64,000 nucleotides of DNA from Camelus ferus (taxonomy: Eukaryota). A model generated the notes under the pieces. That model was not told the origin of the DNA. It made no database searches and was given only the letters and a program-made list of their open reading frames with translations. Positions 28,371 through 41,689 of the stretch are shown here, one piece after another. The translations under genes and the position numbers were made by a program. Location of the stretch: the NCBI RefSeq assembly GCF_009834535.1, contig NC_045696.1, positions 77,626,001 to 77,690,000 on the forward strand, given 5' to 3'. Within the stretch, counting starts at the first letter, position 1. Every line of letters begins with the position of its first letter.

Positions 28371-31300
28371 TGGAAATCTATCGCTAAAAGAGAATCCCTA
28401 CTTTCTATTGCTAGACCACAAAAGTATTTGAGATAAATATTTTTCAATGTTAAAATATCTTTCCTCTTTCAGTGACTATCATCACCCATTTGTTATTAAA
28501 CTGTAGCAGAGAAAATATATTTATGGATTAATTTGGAAATAATCAAGTTATTCTGAAGTGCATTTAGTCAGAGTTTTGACTTTACAACATACTTGTATGT
28601 TCTTAGCCATATTGTTCTTAGAAAGGGACCACCTATGTTGATACTTCTTAGCACCTCGAAAAAGACACTTTCAGATTCCAACTTTCCTTTTATACCATGT
28701 TTAGTAATTTGCATACCATGTGCTGCAAATGTGCTGATTAAAAAATTAAAAATTAAGTTTAATTCACTAATAACTAACTTCAGCATAATATAAATAATAA
28801 CAGCAGGTAACATTTATGAGCTCTTGCCATGTGCCAGGCATTATTCTAAATATTTTACATGAATTAATTCATTTAATTATTGCAATAGCTTCATTCTATT
28901 TCACAGATGAGAAAACAGAGGTATTGCTCATTTAAATAACTTCCCAAGGCCATTTAGGTAGTACATGGTAATTGTGAGATTTGAGGTCAAGCATTCTGGC
29001 AGCAGAATATGGACTCTTAACGCTAGTTTGCATCCTTTTCATTCCTTTCCAGTCCCTCCAAACAAGAAGAGATTTGATAATTTACCAAGTCAGGAATACC
29101 GCTGGCGACTAAGACAACATTTTCCAAACCTGAACATGTGCTTCTAAGGAATAATCAGGGGCTGATTACACCGATCAGGCATATTTAATACCCATATCAC
29201 AAGTATGTCCTACTAGGAATCATAACTTTTGATACTTGCCAATGTCAATTCTCACATTTGTACATTCTGCTTTCCTGAGTCTAGAAAAATGGATGTAGAG
29301 ATTTATGAAGTAAAAAAAAATTTCTAAGATGTCCTCAGCAAATAAAGTATTTTCCCATTTTCCTTGATTAAATAGGTATCAAACACAATCGGCTAGTATG
29401 CAAAGTGCTCAGAGTTTACCTATTTTAGGAGACTGTAAGTTATTATTATTTCAACTTTAGGTTCTTTGAACAAGATTTAGGGAAATGCTTTAAAACTAAC
29501 ATGAACACTTACCAAATGGTTCTCAGTGATCACATGTCCTTCCACACACATACGCTTGAGGGCATTTCTCATATTAAATCAGTTTTTATTGGACGCTACC
29601 ATACGTCTTAGACTTGGTTACTGCTGGGGATTTTCAGGCCTTTCTCGTGAAAGCACACAAATATAGGCTATAATTATTTAACAGTTAAATGCTAAATGGT
29701 GCTATGAAAAGGTATTCAGGGATCTTAATGGGTCTGAAGGGATCAGGAAAAGCTTCCTTGAGCAAATTCTTTCTGCGAGGAAGGCACTGTGCTAGGCTAT
29801 ATATCCTATAGGAAAAGTCAGAAGCAGATGTGGTGCAAAGCACATGCTCTTACGTTAGTTTATACAGGTCGCTGAGTTGGATTTGACATATCTTCACTCA
29901 GTAATACAATTAGAATGCTAAAAATATATTTGATTATGTATCTTATGTGTAGTTCATGAAAGTTTCTTTAAAAGAAAAATGCAGGTCTTTGGGTAGGCAG
30001 AGCTAGCTACCTTCGTCAAGCTCCCCCCACATCAGTACCGACAACCAAAATCAAGTCTTCTATTGTTGCAGACACCACTAGCAGTTCTGGGGCTGCAAAC
30101 AGGGTAGGAGTTGTTTATTTTTAAAAGGGTAATTGTATGTTTATTAAATCATGCACTTGGTAAATTATCCAAAGTAATTAATCATGGAGAGAAAGATTAG
30201 AGAACTGATTTAGTAGAGTTGGTAATAATGCAAAAGAAACATACGTCAAATATATGTAATGCAGTAAGACAGAGAGGCCAATGATTTCCTATTTATAGCT
30301 TATTTTTAGAGACTGTATTTTCAGAGCATAATGCTGGAGATCTGTACATGCAATATAAAGTGGTTTTAGTTTGCATTTTAAGAATTTAATAAAAACAGAG
30401 CTTCAGTAATGGATGAAGATAGCATTTCTTCTTCACAATCATTAAACAAAGGATGTTTTGGTAATAATGGATGCAATCACATATGAGGTCAGTTATTTAG
30501 TTTACAGATTGATATCATTTTGATAAAAATTGTTAATATAATTACTCCCTCTTCTATGTCCAAGTTAAAAAATAACAAAAATAAATTAAACCTATATTCT
30601 ACTATAGATTTGGACATCTGGTAAAATTTTACTTATCTAAAAATAGTATCTTCAGAATACCATTCTATTTTTTCATAAAAATCTTCACAGAAAAATAATG
30701 ACATCATGTTTCTATATTTTAGAGTCAGTAAGGGTAATAGAGGTGGAGATATGAGAGTAAAAAAATAAACAAACCAATTATTCTTTTGAACTTGCTGTGA
30801 TATTTTATATGATGGCCAAAATATATGTGACCCTTACTGTATGCAATTATATTGCTAATGCAGTTTCTTTTCTGGCTATAAATGCAATACACGTTGTAGT
30901 AGACTACATCCTACAGAGTAAGCGTTGACATTTTTTAAATAGTAAAAGAAACACACAGCTTTAGATCCTTTGATTTGTGATTAAATTAATGACAAGTTTC
31001 TTATATCAACTTTCTCTGAACTAGATGCTATTGTTCAGCTGAATCCCAAATACATGTGTATAAATAGGACTTGCATAAACAGAGCACACAGTCTGGCTCT
31101 AGGATTTCCATGATTTCTCTTTTCTTCTTTATATGTTGCTCAGTGATAGTCAGGACTCTTACAGCTCCCCGATTTTCAAATATCCCAGAATGTCCCACAA
31201 AACAACACAGACTGAAAATTCAGGATTTTTAAAATATTATCATCATTCACCAGTGTGATATGATCCTTAAGATTATAATTAATTTTAGAACACTTCATCT

Positions 31301-32604
31301 TAGAGATACTTATTTTGAAGAAAGGCTTATAAAGCACGTACAATTCAAGAGCCCTGGGTGAAATGCTAACAATGTGAAACAGTTCTTACAGTTAAGGGGT
31401 TTGTGGGTTGGAAGCCAAGATATTAGCAAAGAAGAACAAAAAGAGCATATAAAGTGATGCACCCAAAAGGTCAAATGAGTACGACAGTGACAGGAGAAAA
31501 CAGTGGTCGTCATGGACAGCAACAACCCAAGAACACTTCTTGGAGATTTCACTTCTGGGGGACCGTAAAGGAAAGTACACACTTTAGAGAGGTGGAGATT
31601 TGAAGGTAGCACTGTCCCCAAGATGAAAAGGCAAATATAAGTTCTGAATCCAAACACTAAGTCAGGAATATTTTAAAGGAGAAAAGGTAAATAAAGTTGG
31701 AGACTATATTGTAAGCGATTTCTGTCACTGTCAATGAGTTCCTTATAAAGGAGAAAGGTATTCCATTTACACTGAGGTATCTTGACGAGTTAAAAAAAAG
31801 TTTTATTTTAAAGCACTACTAAGTAATCATGAATAATTTCACCTGGAAAAAAGCTAATGCCACTCCATATAACAGGCCAAAGCAAAGCCTGATCTGGAAA
31901 GGCAGACTTTTTTTATTTCTTCATTTTGTCTGAGCATTGGTAATTTGTATTTTCATGCCACTACCGTCACCTAAAATTATGGTATCTGAATGTATGTTGT
32001 GCAAAACACAACGGCCTTCAATTTAGAGTGTACAGATTCAGTCCTTGCATCTCTGTGGGCCTTGGTTTCCTTATCTGCAAGACCTTACTCTAAAACCCAA
32101 CCAGAATATTCGCTTGAATTTTTAACACATGGTTGGTACTGAGGGGTTCTGAGAGTGTTGAGGGATTCAATCTAATAACAAAAGTGTGGGGCTGTCAAAG
32201 AGCTAATGTTTTGTAGAAACTGAGGTGGATTTTAACCAACCGCCATGGTTGTCATGACAAACTCCATGTTTTGTAGGCGGCTCACTTCCATGGATATTGT
32301 GAGCTGAGCAGTCTCTTCCAGGAGGAGGAGAGCATGTGGAAAGACCAGAGCTCAGCAGAGCCTGTCACTGGCTACTGTCTGAGAAGTGGAGGGAGACATC
32401 CTTCCACAAGCTTCAGGAGTCCTGCTTCGTTTGCTTTCTGAAGTTTGTGCGATATTTGTATGTTTAACTCCTCAGAGCAAATAGCAATGTTATACTACCC
32501 ATCACAGAATAATATTTCTGCTCACTCTTTACAAAGAAGTTAGTCCAATAAAGAGAGAAAATGGTAAATATGTGGGTTTTGCATGTTTAAAAGGAGGGTA
32601 GAGG

Positions 32605-34274
32605 GGGAGACGGAGAAGATGGCGGAGTAGAAGGACGCTCGTAGCTCACCCTCTCCCACAAATACACCAAGACCCACATCTACAGACCCACTCAGCCAAC
32701 CAGAGCACCTGCGGAACTCTGACAGAACATCGCCCTCTTCAAAAGATAAAGACGCCAAAAATCTGGTAGGAGAAAAGGAAAAAAGAAAGAACAAAAGGCA
32801 AAGCAGCGCGGGATGGGTCCTGCGGGGAGGGAGCGGCAAAGGAGGACTGGCGCTCGCTCGCTGGGTCTCCCCTCTCCAACTGAGAGGCCAGCGGGACGGA
32901 GGGGGAGCCTCCGAGGCTCGAATCTGTACAGAGCAGCCCTTGACTAACAGAACTAAGTTAAACGGGCACAGAGCGTCCCCCCGACACCCAGCCTGAGACG
33001 CGGGCCGGCAGCCGCGGGCAGGGCCAGGCTGCACAAGCCGGACGGAGGACGTGGGTGGCTGCACGGAGGCAACCCCGGGGGAACGCAAGGGGCTGCGCGC
33101 CGTGGCTGTGGGTGCACAGGGCAGAACAACCTGGGCCCTCCGTAAAACAGCAAGGTTGATGTGCTCTCAGGGGAAGGGTGCATACCCCCATATCTGAAAA
33201 CCCGCGGAAAGTTTTCGGGGGAAGAGAGGCGGGGCTCAGGCACAGCCGCCATATCCTCCGGCGCTGAGCACTCACGTGGGGGCAGGGGCGAAACCTGCAT
33301 CCGCACCGAAGGGCTTAGCAGCCTCAAAGGCCAGACTGAGACTGGCCTGCAGCCTGGGGCAGATAGGATCCTTCCATCCCGGTCCCTCAGAGAACTTGCT
33401 CCACAAAGACAAACAAGGAGCTGGGTTTTGGCTCGGAGCAGGGACAGGGCTGTCCCTCGGTCTTCCCGGAGCGCACCTGCGGAGCGCCGACCAGGGCGGA
33501 GCGCGCAGCCGCACAGAGAGCAGAGCAACCAGTGGCACAGGTAGAGGGAGAGCAGCCCCCCGGCCTTTCGGGCAGGAACACAGCCCCTGACCGAGGTGCT
33601 GGGAGGGGGCACGACCCGCCCTCCTACCCTGCCAGTCTGCAACTCTGACTGCGTCATCCGGAGGGGCAGCGACCCGCCCGCCCACAGCAGAGAGCTGCAC
33701 CTGACCCAGTGTTAGGAGGAGGCGCGATCTGCTTGCCGACAGGTGCTGGGAGCAGCACAGAAGAGGGCGCCAACGGAGGGCCTCTGAAAACAGCAAGCTG
33801 AGCTTCCAAAACAGGACGAAGACAGAAAGACTTCACATTAAAAGCAAACAGACTCCAGGAGAACACCGACAACCCCCCCCCCTTTTTTTTTTTAATCTGT
33901 TTTTACCTGTTCTATTTTCTATTACTCTCTTAATTTTTACTTCTTAATTCATTTCTATTTCTCTTGGGTTTTAATATCCTGTTATTGATTAGACACAGGT
34001 TTCAAATACATCTATTCATCTCCCCCCCCCCCTTTTTTAAAAGGTTTTAAAAGGATGTCTCAACCCGATTAATACTCTGCTTCAACTCACTCTTCTATTA
34101 TTCATTATACACTGTTTTCAAACCCTCTTTCTCCCTTCTTTCAAAATTCTTTCTCTCTCTTATTGTTTTTTTCTTTTTTTCCTAAGTTCTATTCCTAAAT
34201 AGGCATTAGATAGATAAAATCCTTAAGGACCAAAATAAACAACTGATACTCCATGACCACAGTGCCAGGGAGGT
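32605..34274 (+). promoter_or_regulatory. L1 5'UTR internal promoter / CpG island with YY1 motif
   Basis: High GC and CpG density from ~32605 to 33800 against AT-rich flanks; YY1 consensus AAGATGGCGG at 32616-32625. Confidence 0.8.
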
Positions 34275-35177
34275 ATGAGCAAGATGAAGAAGCAGAGAAA
34301 CCTTTCCCAATTAAAAGAACAAGAGAAATCCCCTGAAAGAAAGATCAATGAAATAGACATCGATAGCCTACTAGATCAAGATTTCAAAAAAGGAGTGATC
34401 AAATTGCTGAAGGAATTAAAAGAGATAGTGTTTAGAGATATAAAATATGTCAAAAATGAAATTGAAGCTATAAAGAAGAGCCAAGTAGAATAGGTAAACT
34501 CATTGACAGAGATGAGGAATGATCTAATAGCTGTGCAAAGCCGACTAGATAATGCAGAGGAACGAATTAGTGATCTAGAAGACAGGGCAATAGAAAGCAC
34601 CCATTCAGAAGAACTACAAGAGAAGCAAATAAAAAATAATGAAAATAGCACAAGGGACCTATGGGATAATATACAGCGTCCCAATCTTCGCATAATAGGG
34701 GTCCCAGAAGGGGAAGAAAGATGAAAGGGGATTGAAAAGGTTTTTGAAGAAATCATGACTGAAAACTTCCCAAACTTAAAGAAGGAATCAGATATCCAAG
34801 TACAGGAAGCTCAGAGGGTCCCAAACAGGAAGAACCCAAATAGACCCACACCAAGACATATCATAATCAAGATGGCCAGAGTCAAGGATAAAGAAATGAT
34901 TCTAAAGGCAGCAAGAGAAAAGCAAAGAGTAAGTTACAAGGGAACCCCCATAAGGCTCTCAGCTGATTTCTCTACACAAACACTACAGGCCAGAAGGGAG
35001 TGGCAAGATATATTCAAAGCCCTGAATGAAAAAAAGATGCAGCCTAGGATCCTTTATCCAGCAAGGCTATCCTTGAGGATAGAAGGAGAAATAAAGAGTT
35101 TCACAGACAAAAAAAAGCTGCAGGAGTTTAGCAACACTAAACCCATGCTAAAGGAAATATTGAAAGGGCTATTCTAA
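34275..35177 (+). pseudogene. L1 ORF1p (~300 codons) with two in-frame stops
   Basis: Three ORF pieces share one frame (34275, 34503, 34755), separated by TAG 34491-34493 and TGA 34722-34724. Motifs RPNLRIIGVPEGEE, ENFPNL, PRHIIIK, ARREW, YPARLS. Confidence 0.95.
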
Positions 35178-35557
35178 ATAGAAAAGCAGCAGGGTGCTAC
35201 AGAAATGAGAAACTCACAACTGGAAAGGCGATAACTCATGAATTACAAATAAAGTAAACACGAAATTATAAAAGAAGACATACAAATCACTGAGAGTGGG
35301 AGAGGGAGGCATGGAAATACAGAATATTTTTTTCTTTCTTTTTTAATTTTTTTAACAGTAGGATGGGTTTGAGATCATGTTACTATCAGTTTAATAAAAA
35401 CAGTTATAGTAATGGTTAATAGATTCACAAAAAAGGGTAACCACAAGCCAAAAATTTACAAGGGAGTCACAAAAATTAAATAAAATCCATGATAATACAA
35501 AGGAAGAAGGAAGGAACAAAGAGGATATACCAATTCAACTGCAAAGATAAGTTCAAA

Positions 35558-38500
35558 ATGGCAATAAACACACATCTGTCATTAATTACTGTAAATGTTA
35601 ATGGACTAAATGCTCCAGTCAAAAGACATAGAGTGGCAGACTGGATAATAAAGCAAGAACCTTCAATATGCTGCATACAAGAGACCCACTTTAGGGAGGA
35701 CACATATAGATTGAGAGTGAAAGGATGGAAAAGGATATTCCATGCAAATGGAAAAGCCAAAAAAGCAGGTGTTGCAGTACTGATTTCAGACAAAATAGAC
35801 TTTAAAACAAAGGCCATAAAGAAAGATAGAGAAGGACATTTTATAATGATTAAAGGAGTGATACAAGATGAGGATATTACACTCGTTAATATATATGCAC
35901 CCAATATAGGAGCACCAAAGTACATACAAGAATTACTAACAGAGATAAAGGGGGATATTGATGGGAATACAATCATAGTTGGAGATTTTAACACTGCATT
36001 AACATCACTAGACAGATCTTCCAGACAGAAAATAAACAAGGCAACAGAGAAATTAAATACTACAATAGAAAAACTAGATTTGGTGGATATTTTCAGAGCA
36101 TTACACCCCCCAAAAATAGGATATACATTCTTTTCAAGTGCACATGGAACATTTTGCTAGGATCGAATCATGTACTTGGGCACAAAAGAAACCTCAACAA
36201 TTTTAAGAAGATAGAAATTATCTCAAGCGTCTTTACTGACCACAATGCCATGAAACTGGAAATCAACAACAGAGAAACAAAGGAGAAAAAAAGGAAAGCA
36301 TGGAGATTAAACAATATGTTATTGAAAAAACAATGGATCAATGAGGAAATCAAAGCTGAAATTAAAAAATACCTTGAGACAAATGATAATGAAAGCACAA
36401 CCACTCAAAACCTACGGGACACGGCAAAGGCAGTGCTAAGAGGGAAGTTTACAGCGATACAGGCCTTCCTCAAAAAAGAAGAACAATCTCAAATAAACAA
36501 TTTAACCCACCACCTGAATGAATTAGAAAAAGAAGAACAAAAAGCCCTAAAAAGCAGCAGAAAGAAGGAAATAATAAAGATCAGAGAGGAATTAAATACA
36601 ATAGAGACTAACAAGACCATAGAAAAAATCAACCAAACCAAAAGCTATTTTTTGAAAAAGTAAATAAAATCGACAAACCTCTGGCCAAACTCACAAAGAA
36701 AAAAGAAAGAGCACAAATTAGCAAAATAAGAAAGGAAAATGGAGAAATTACAACAAACAAAATAGAAATACAGAATATCATACGAGAATATTATGAAAAA
36801 CTATATGGAACCAAACTGGATAACCTAGAGGAGATGGACAAGTTTCTGGAAACATACTGTCCACCAAAACTGAATCAAGAAGAATCTGAACACTTGAACA
36901 ATCTGATCACTAGAAAGGAAATAGAAATAGCAATTAAAAACCTCCCTACAAATAAAAGTCCAGCACCGGACGGCTTCACTGGGGAATTCTACCAAACATA
37001 CACAGAAGAACTCATACCAGTCCTTCTCAAACTCTTCCAGACGATTGAAAAGGAGGGAATACTCCCAAACTCATTCTATGAAGCCACCATCACCCTGATA
37101 CCAAAACCAGGCAAAGACACTACAAAAAAAGAGAATTATAGGCCAGTATCACTGACGAACATAGATGCCAAAATCCTCACCAAAATTTTAGCAAATAGAA
37201 TCCAACAACACATAAAAAAGATTATACATCATGACCAAGTGGGGTTCATCCCAGGGACACAAGGCTGGTTCAACATACGCAAATCAATCAGTGTAATACA
37301 TCTCATCAACAAGAGGAAGGACAAAAACCACATGATCATCTCAATCGATGCAGAAAAAGCATTTGATAAAATTCAACACCCATTTATGATAAAAACTCTC
37401 GCCAAAGTGGGTATAGAGGGAACATATCTCAACATAATAAAAGCTATATATGACAAACCTACAGCCAGCATAGTACTCAATGGTGAAAAACTCAAAAGCT
37501 TGCCACTAAAATCTGGGACAAGACAAGGATGCCCACTATCACCACTCCTATTCAACATAGTCCTGGAAGTCCTAGTCACAGCAGTCAGACAAGAGAAAGA
37601 AATAAAAGGGATCCAAATTGGAAAAGAAGAGGTAAAAGTGTTATTATATGCTGATGACATATTACTATATATAGAAAACCCTAAAAGGTCCACACAAAAG
37701 CTACTAGAGCTGACTGAAGAATTCAGCAAGGTAGCAGGTTACAAAATTAACGTTCAAAAATCAGTTGCATTTCTTTACACTAACGATAAATCAACAGAAG
37801 AAGAAAGTAAAGAAACAATCCCCTTTAAAACAGCACCCAAAGTAATAAAATATCTGGGAATAAATCTAACCAAGGAGGTGAAAGAATTATACACAGAAAA
37901 CTATAAACCATTGATGAAGGAAATTAAAGAAGACTTTAAAAAATGGAAAGATATTCCATGCTCTTGGATTGGAAGAATCAATATTGTTAAAATGGTCACA
38001 CTGCCCAAGGCAATCTACAGATTTAATGCAATCCCTATCCAATTACCCAGGACATATTTCACAGAACTAGAACAAATCATAATAAAATTCATATGGAACC
38101 ATCAAAGACCTAGAATTGCCAAAGCATTACTGAAGAGAAAGAAAGACGCTGGAGGAATAACTCTCCCAGACTTCAGACAATACTATAGAGCTACAGTCAT
38201 CAAGACAGCATGGTATTGGTACCAAAACAGACATATAGACCAATGGAACAGAATAGAGAGCCCAGAAATGAACCCGCAAACTTTTGGTCAACTCATCTTC
38301 GACAAAGGAGGCAAGAATATACAATGGAATAAAGACAGTCTCTTCAGCAAATGGTGTTGGGAAAACTGGACAGCAGCATGTAAAACAATGAAGCTAGAAC
38401 ACTCCCTTACACCATATACAAAAATCAACTCAAAATGGATTAAAGACAAACATAAGACAAGATACAATAAACCTCCTAGAGGAAAACATAGGCAAAACAT

Positions 38501-39347
38501 TATCTGACCTACATTTTAAAAATTTTCTCCTAGAAGAAATAAAAGCAAGAATAAACAAATGGGACCTAATGAAACTTACAAGCTTCTGCACAGCAAAGGA
38601 AACCAGAAGTAAAACAAGAAGAAAACCTACGGAATGGGAGAAAATTTTTGCAAGTGAAACCGACAAAGGCTTGATCTCCAGAACATATAAGCAGCTCATA
38701 CGACTCAATAAGAAAGAAATAAACAACCCAATCCAAAAATGGGCAGAAGACCTAAACAAGCAATTCTCCAAGGAAGACATACAAATGATCAAAAAGCACA
38801 TGAAAAAATGCTCAATATCACTAATTATCAGAGAAATGCAAATCAAAACTACAATGAGGTATCACCTCACACCAGTCAGAATGGCCGTCATTCAAAAATC
38901 CACAAATGACAAATGCCGGAGAGGCTGTGGAGAAAGGGGAACCCTCCTACACTGCTGGTGGAATGCAGTTTGGTGCAGCCACTATGGAAAACAGTGTGGA
39001 GATTCCTCAAAAGACTAGGAATAGACTTACCATATGACCCAGGAATCCCACTCCTGGGCTTGTATCCAGAAGGAAATCTACTTCAGGATGACACCTGCAC
39101 CCCAATGTTCATAGCAGCACTATTTACAATAGCCAAAACATGGAAACAGCCTAAATGTCCATCAACAGGTGACTGGATAAAGAAGAGGTGGTATATTTAT
39201 ACAATGGACTACTACTCAGCCATAAAAACCGACAACATAATGCCATTTGCAGCAACATGGATGCTCCTGGAGAATGTCATTCTAAGTGAAGTAAGCCAGA
39301 AAGGGAAAGAAAAATACTATATGAGATCGCTCATATGTGGAATCTAA
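35558..39347 (+). pseudogene. L1 ORF2p (APE endonuclease, reverse transcriptase, C-terminal Cys-rich region), frameshifted
   Basis: NVNGLN, QET, GDFN, TDH endonuclease motifs; QGCPLSP and YADD RT motifs; CRRGC...HCWW(E)C knuckle. Frame breaks at ~36156-36168, ~36650, ~38447 and ~38960. Confidence 0.96.
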
Positions 39348-39875
39348 AAAACAAAAACAAAAACAAACATACAAAAACAAAGCGTAAATACAGGACAGAA
39401 ATAGACTCACAGACAGAGAATACAGACTTGTGGTTACCAGGGGGGTGGAGGGTGGGAAGGGATAGACTGGGATTTCAAAATTGTAGAATAGACTACACTG
39501 TATAGCACAGGGAAATATACACAAAATGTTATGATAACTCACAGAGAAAAAAATGTGACAATGAGTGTGTATATGTCCATGAATGACTGAAAAATTGTGC
39601 TGAACACTGGAATTTGACACAACATTGTAAAATGATTGTAAATCAATAAAAAATGTTAAAAAAAAAAAATAAAAGGAGGGTAGAGGAAAGGAGTGAGTAT
39701 TCATTGAAAATCCATGTGCCAGACCTTTTATTAGTACTGTGAATACATGATTTCATTTAATTTTACCAATAAACCTGCCAGACTTTATTCAGCAATGATG
39801 GTAATATAGATTGGAGCAAGTCTGTGAAATATCTGGTGGGTTACAGAAAAAAATTCAGACTTCGTACTGCAGACC

Positions 39876-40292
39876 AGAATTTCTTAGTGTCCAATCTATC
39901 TGCATAAGAAGCATCTGTGAAATTTTTTTTTAAATTGAAGTGTAGCTGATTTACAAAGTTGTATCAATTTCTGGTGTACAACATAGTGGTTCAGTTATAT
40001 ATATATATATTTTTTCTTTTTCATAGTCTTTCAATATAGGTTATTACAAGTTATTGAATATAGCTCCCTATGTGTAATATACAATAGGACCCTGTTGTTT
40101 AAGTGAAACTTATTAAAATGCAAATTCCCCACTGTGTCCCTTCACGTCCCCTACCCCTCCACCTGCCTCCTACACACACACAAGATTCTATCTCAGTTGA
40201 TCTGCAGAGATGCTGGAATTCACCATTTAAAAATAAGCACCCCTGCTGATTCTGGTGTAGGTGACTGAAAGATCAGACTTCGAGAACCAGCA
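39876..40292. mobile_element. MER5-like hAT-Charlie MITE split by the L1 fragment
   Basis: Motifs ttattaaaatgcaaattcccc, tgattctggtgtaggtg and cttcgagaaccagc. Confidence 0.6.
39922..40100 (-). mobile_element. 5'-truncated L1 3'UTR inserted into a MER5-like element
   Basis: Poly-T followed by aattgaagtgtagctgatttac, the reverse complement of an L1 3' end; gtgaaa repeated on both flanks. Confidence 0.8.
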
Positions 40293-40513
40293 CTATATGA
40301 AGTCATGTCCAATAAGAGATGTTTGTATGTTGTATTGACATAATCAAGTATTTTATAATGTGACCAAACTTTTATGTAGAAACTCTTTAAAATGTAGATA
40401 TGAATGAGATGTCATAATTGGCAAAGTACATATATAAATAAGAGGTGGTATTAGAAGACATTCAGCAAACTTGAGAACAAAAGCAATAAAAGCAATTCTT
40501 AAAAGCTTATCAA

Positions 40514-40638
40514 TATCTTGTAATAACCTTTAATGAAAAAGAGTACGAAAACAAATGTACGTGTATATATGCATGTCTGGGACATTATGCTGTACACCAG
40601 AAATTAACACATTATTACTGACTATACTTCAATTTAAA
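40514..40638 (+). mobile_element. 5'-truncated L1 3'UTR insertion
   Basis: Perfect TSD aaaagcttatcaa at 40501-40513 and 40639-40651; TT/AAAA site; ends actatacttcaatttaaaaa. Confidence 0.88.
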
Positions 40639-41333
40639 AAAAGCTTATCAAAGCATTCAGTTAATTTTTAACAATGAAAAAATGTACGGAGTAATAGAAA
40701 TACCGATTTCTCCATTTACAACATCATTTATTTAGCAGAAAACAGCATCAAAAGAGGCTGTACTTAGTAATGTGCCCATTTTGTTTTTCATTTCATATAT
40801 AATAAGGTGCTAACAATTTATCATTTTTAAGAAGGCAGAGGAGTCCTGTGCTCTTCCATTCAACTTATTTAGAAGACTGAGGACACAAACTAGGGTCACG
40901 TTGTAGTGAACTATCTCATTTATTTAGGCAGATTAAGAAGTGCTAAGGTTTTATTATCCCAGATTTGTATTACGGCATTCATGAAATAAATAAGATAACT
41001 TTATTTTTCTTCATTTCTTAATGGAAAAACATTAATTGCTAGGCAGTATACCTCTGTGAAATATGTAATTTAAATACACATTTATAAGGAACAAAACTAA
41101 TCCCCCAAAAGGTCAACCATTTTACATAAAGTCATGGAGCAGCAAATGATGAAAGAAATCTTAGCTGTCTGATCTTATCACCTCAATTTGCAGATAAGGA
41201 AATAGGGGTGGAAGATTGAAATGATTTGCCTAACATCACACAGCTGCTTAGAGGCAAAACTGGAACTGGGATTAGGATCTCAAAACTCTCAATACACTGC
41301 TTTTTGTACAACAAAATGCTAGAAGGAGAACCC

Positions 41334-41337
<4 letters not shown>

Positions 41338-41365
<28 letters not shown>
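41338..41365. repeat. (TG)14 microsatellite
   Basis: Perfect dinucleotide run. Confidence 0.95.
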
Positions 41366-41689
41366 ATGACAATAATATGGAGGAAGAAAGGGAACTTTGG
41401 TAAACACAACATACACACAAAAAGCACACAAATGATAGGTGGGCTATTAACTGTGCCCCTTGCATTATCATGGCACATCTACTGCAGTGCACATCTCCTG
41501 AGCCCACTCCTCTCTAACTCCTCCAGCGGTAAACTGCCAGTCCTCTCGAGGGCACCGACATCCCCCGTCTGGGGCACTCTCCTATCCAGTCACCCACCCC
41601 CAGTCCTAGTTCAGTCCTGTACCAACTTATCTTCTGTTTCCCTGAATCCTGAGATAGTTTCTGGTCTATCACTGTCTGAGTTGTTAAAA

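Larger units (their letters stand above)
32605..39670 (+). mobile_element. Full-length LINE-1, antisense to NAALADL2, retrotransposition-defective as written
   Basis: G-rich start with AAGATGGCGG, CpG-rich 5'UTR, ORF1, ~380-bp spacer, ORF2, 3'UTR with AATAAA and A-tail. TSD aaaaggagggtagagg at 32589-32604 and 39671-39686; insertion at a TT/AAAA site. Confidence 0.97.

Noticed and set aside
32540..33088. 182-aa antisense frame that would splice in phase 1 to the 5276 exon
   Set aside because: Starts at TTG with no in-frame ATG before the donor and would require skipping an exon; weaker than the ATG-32679 model.
34376..39704. Minus-strand ORFs over the L1 body
   Set aside because: Shadow frames of the A-rich L1 coding strand.
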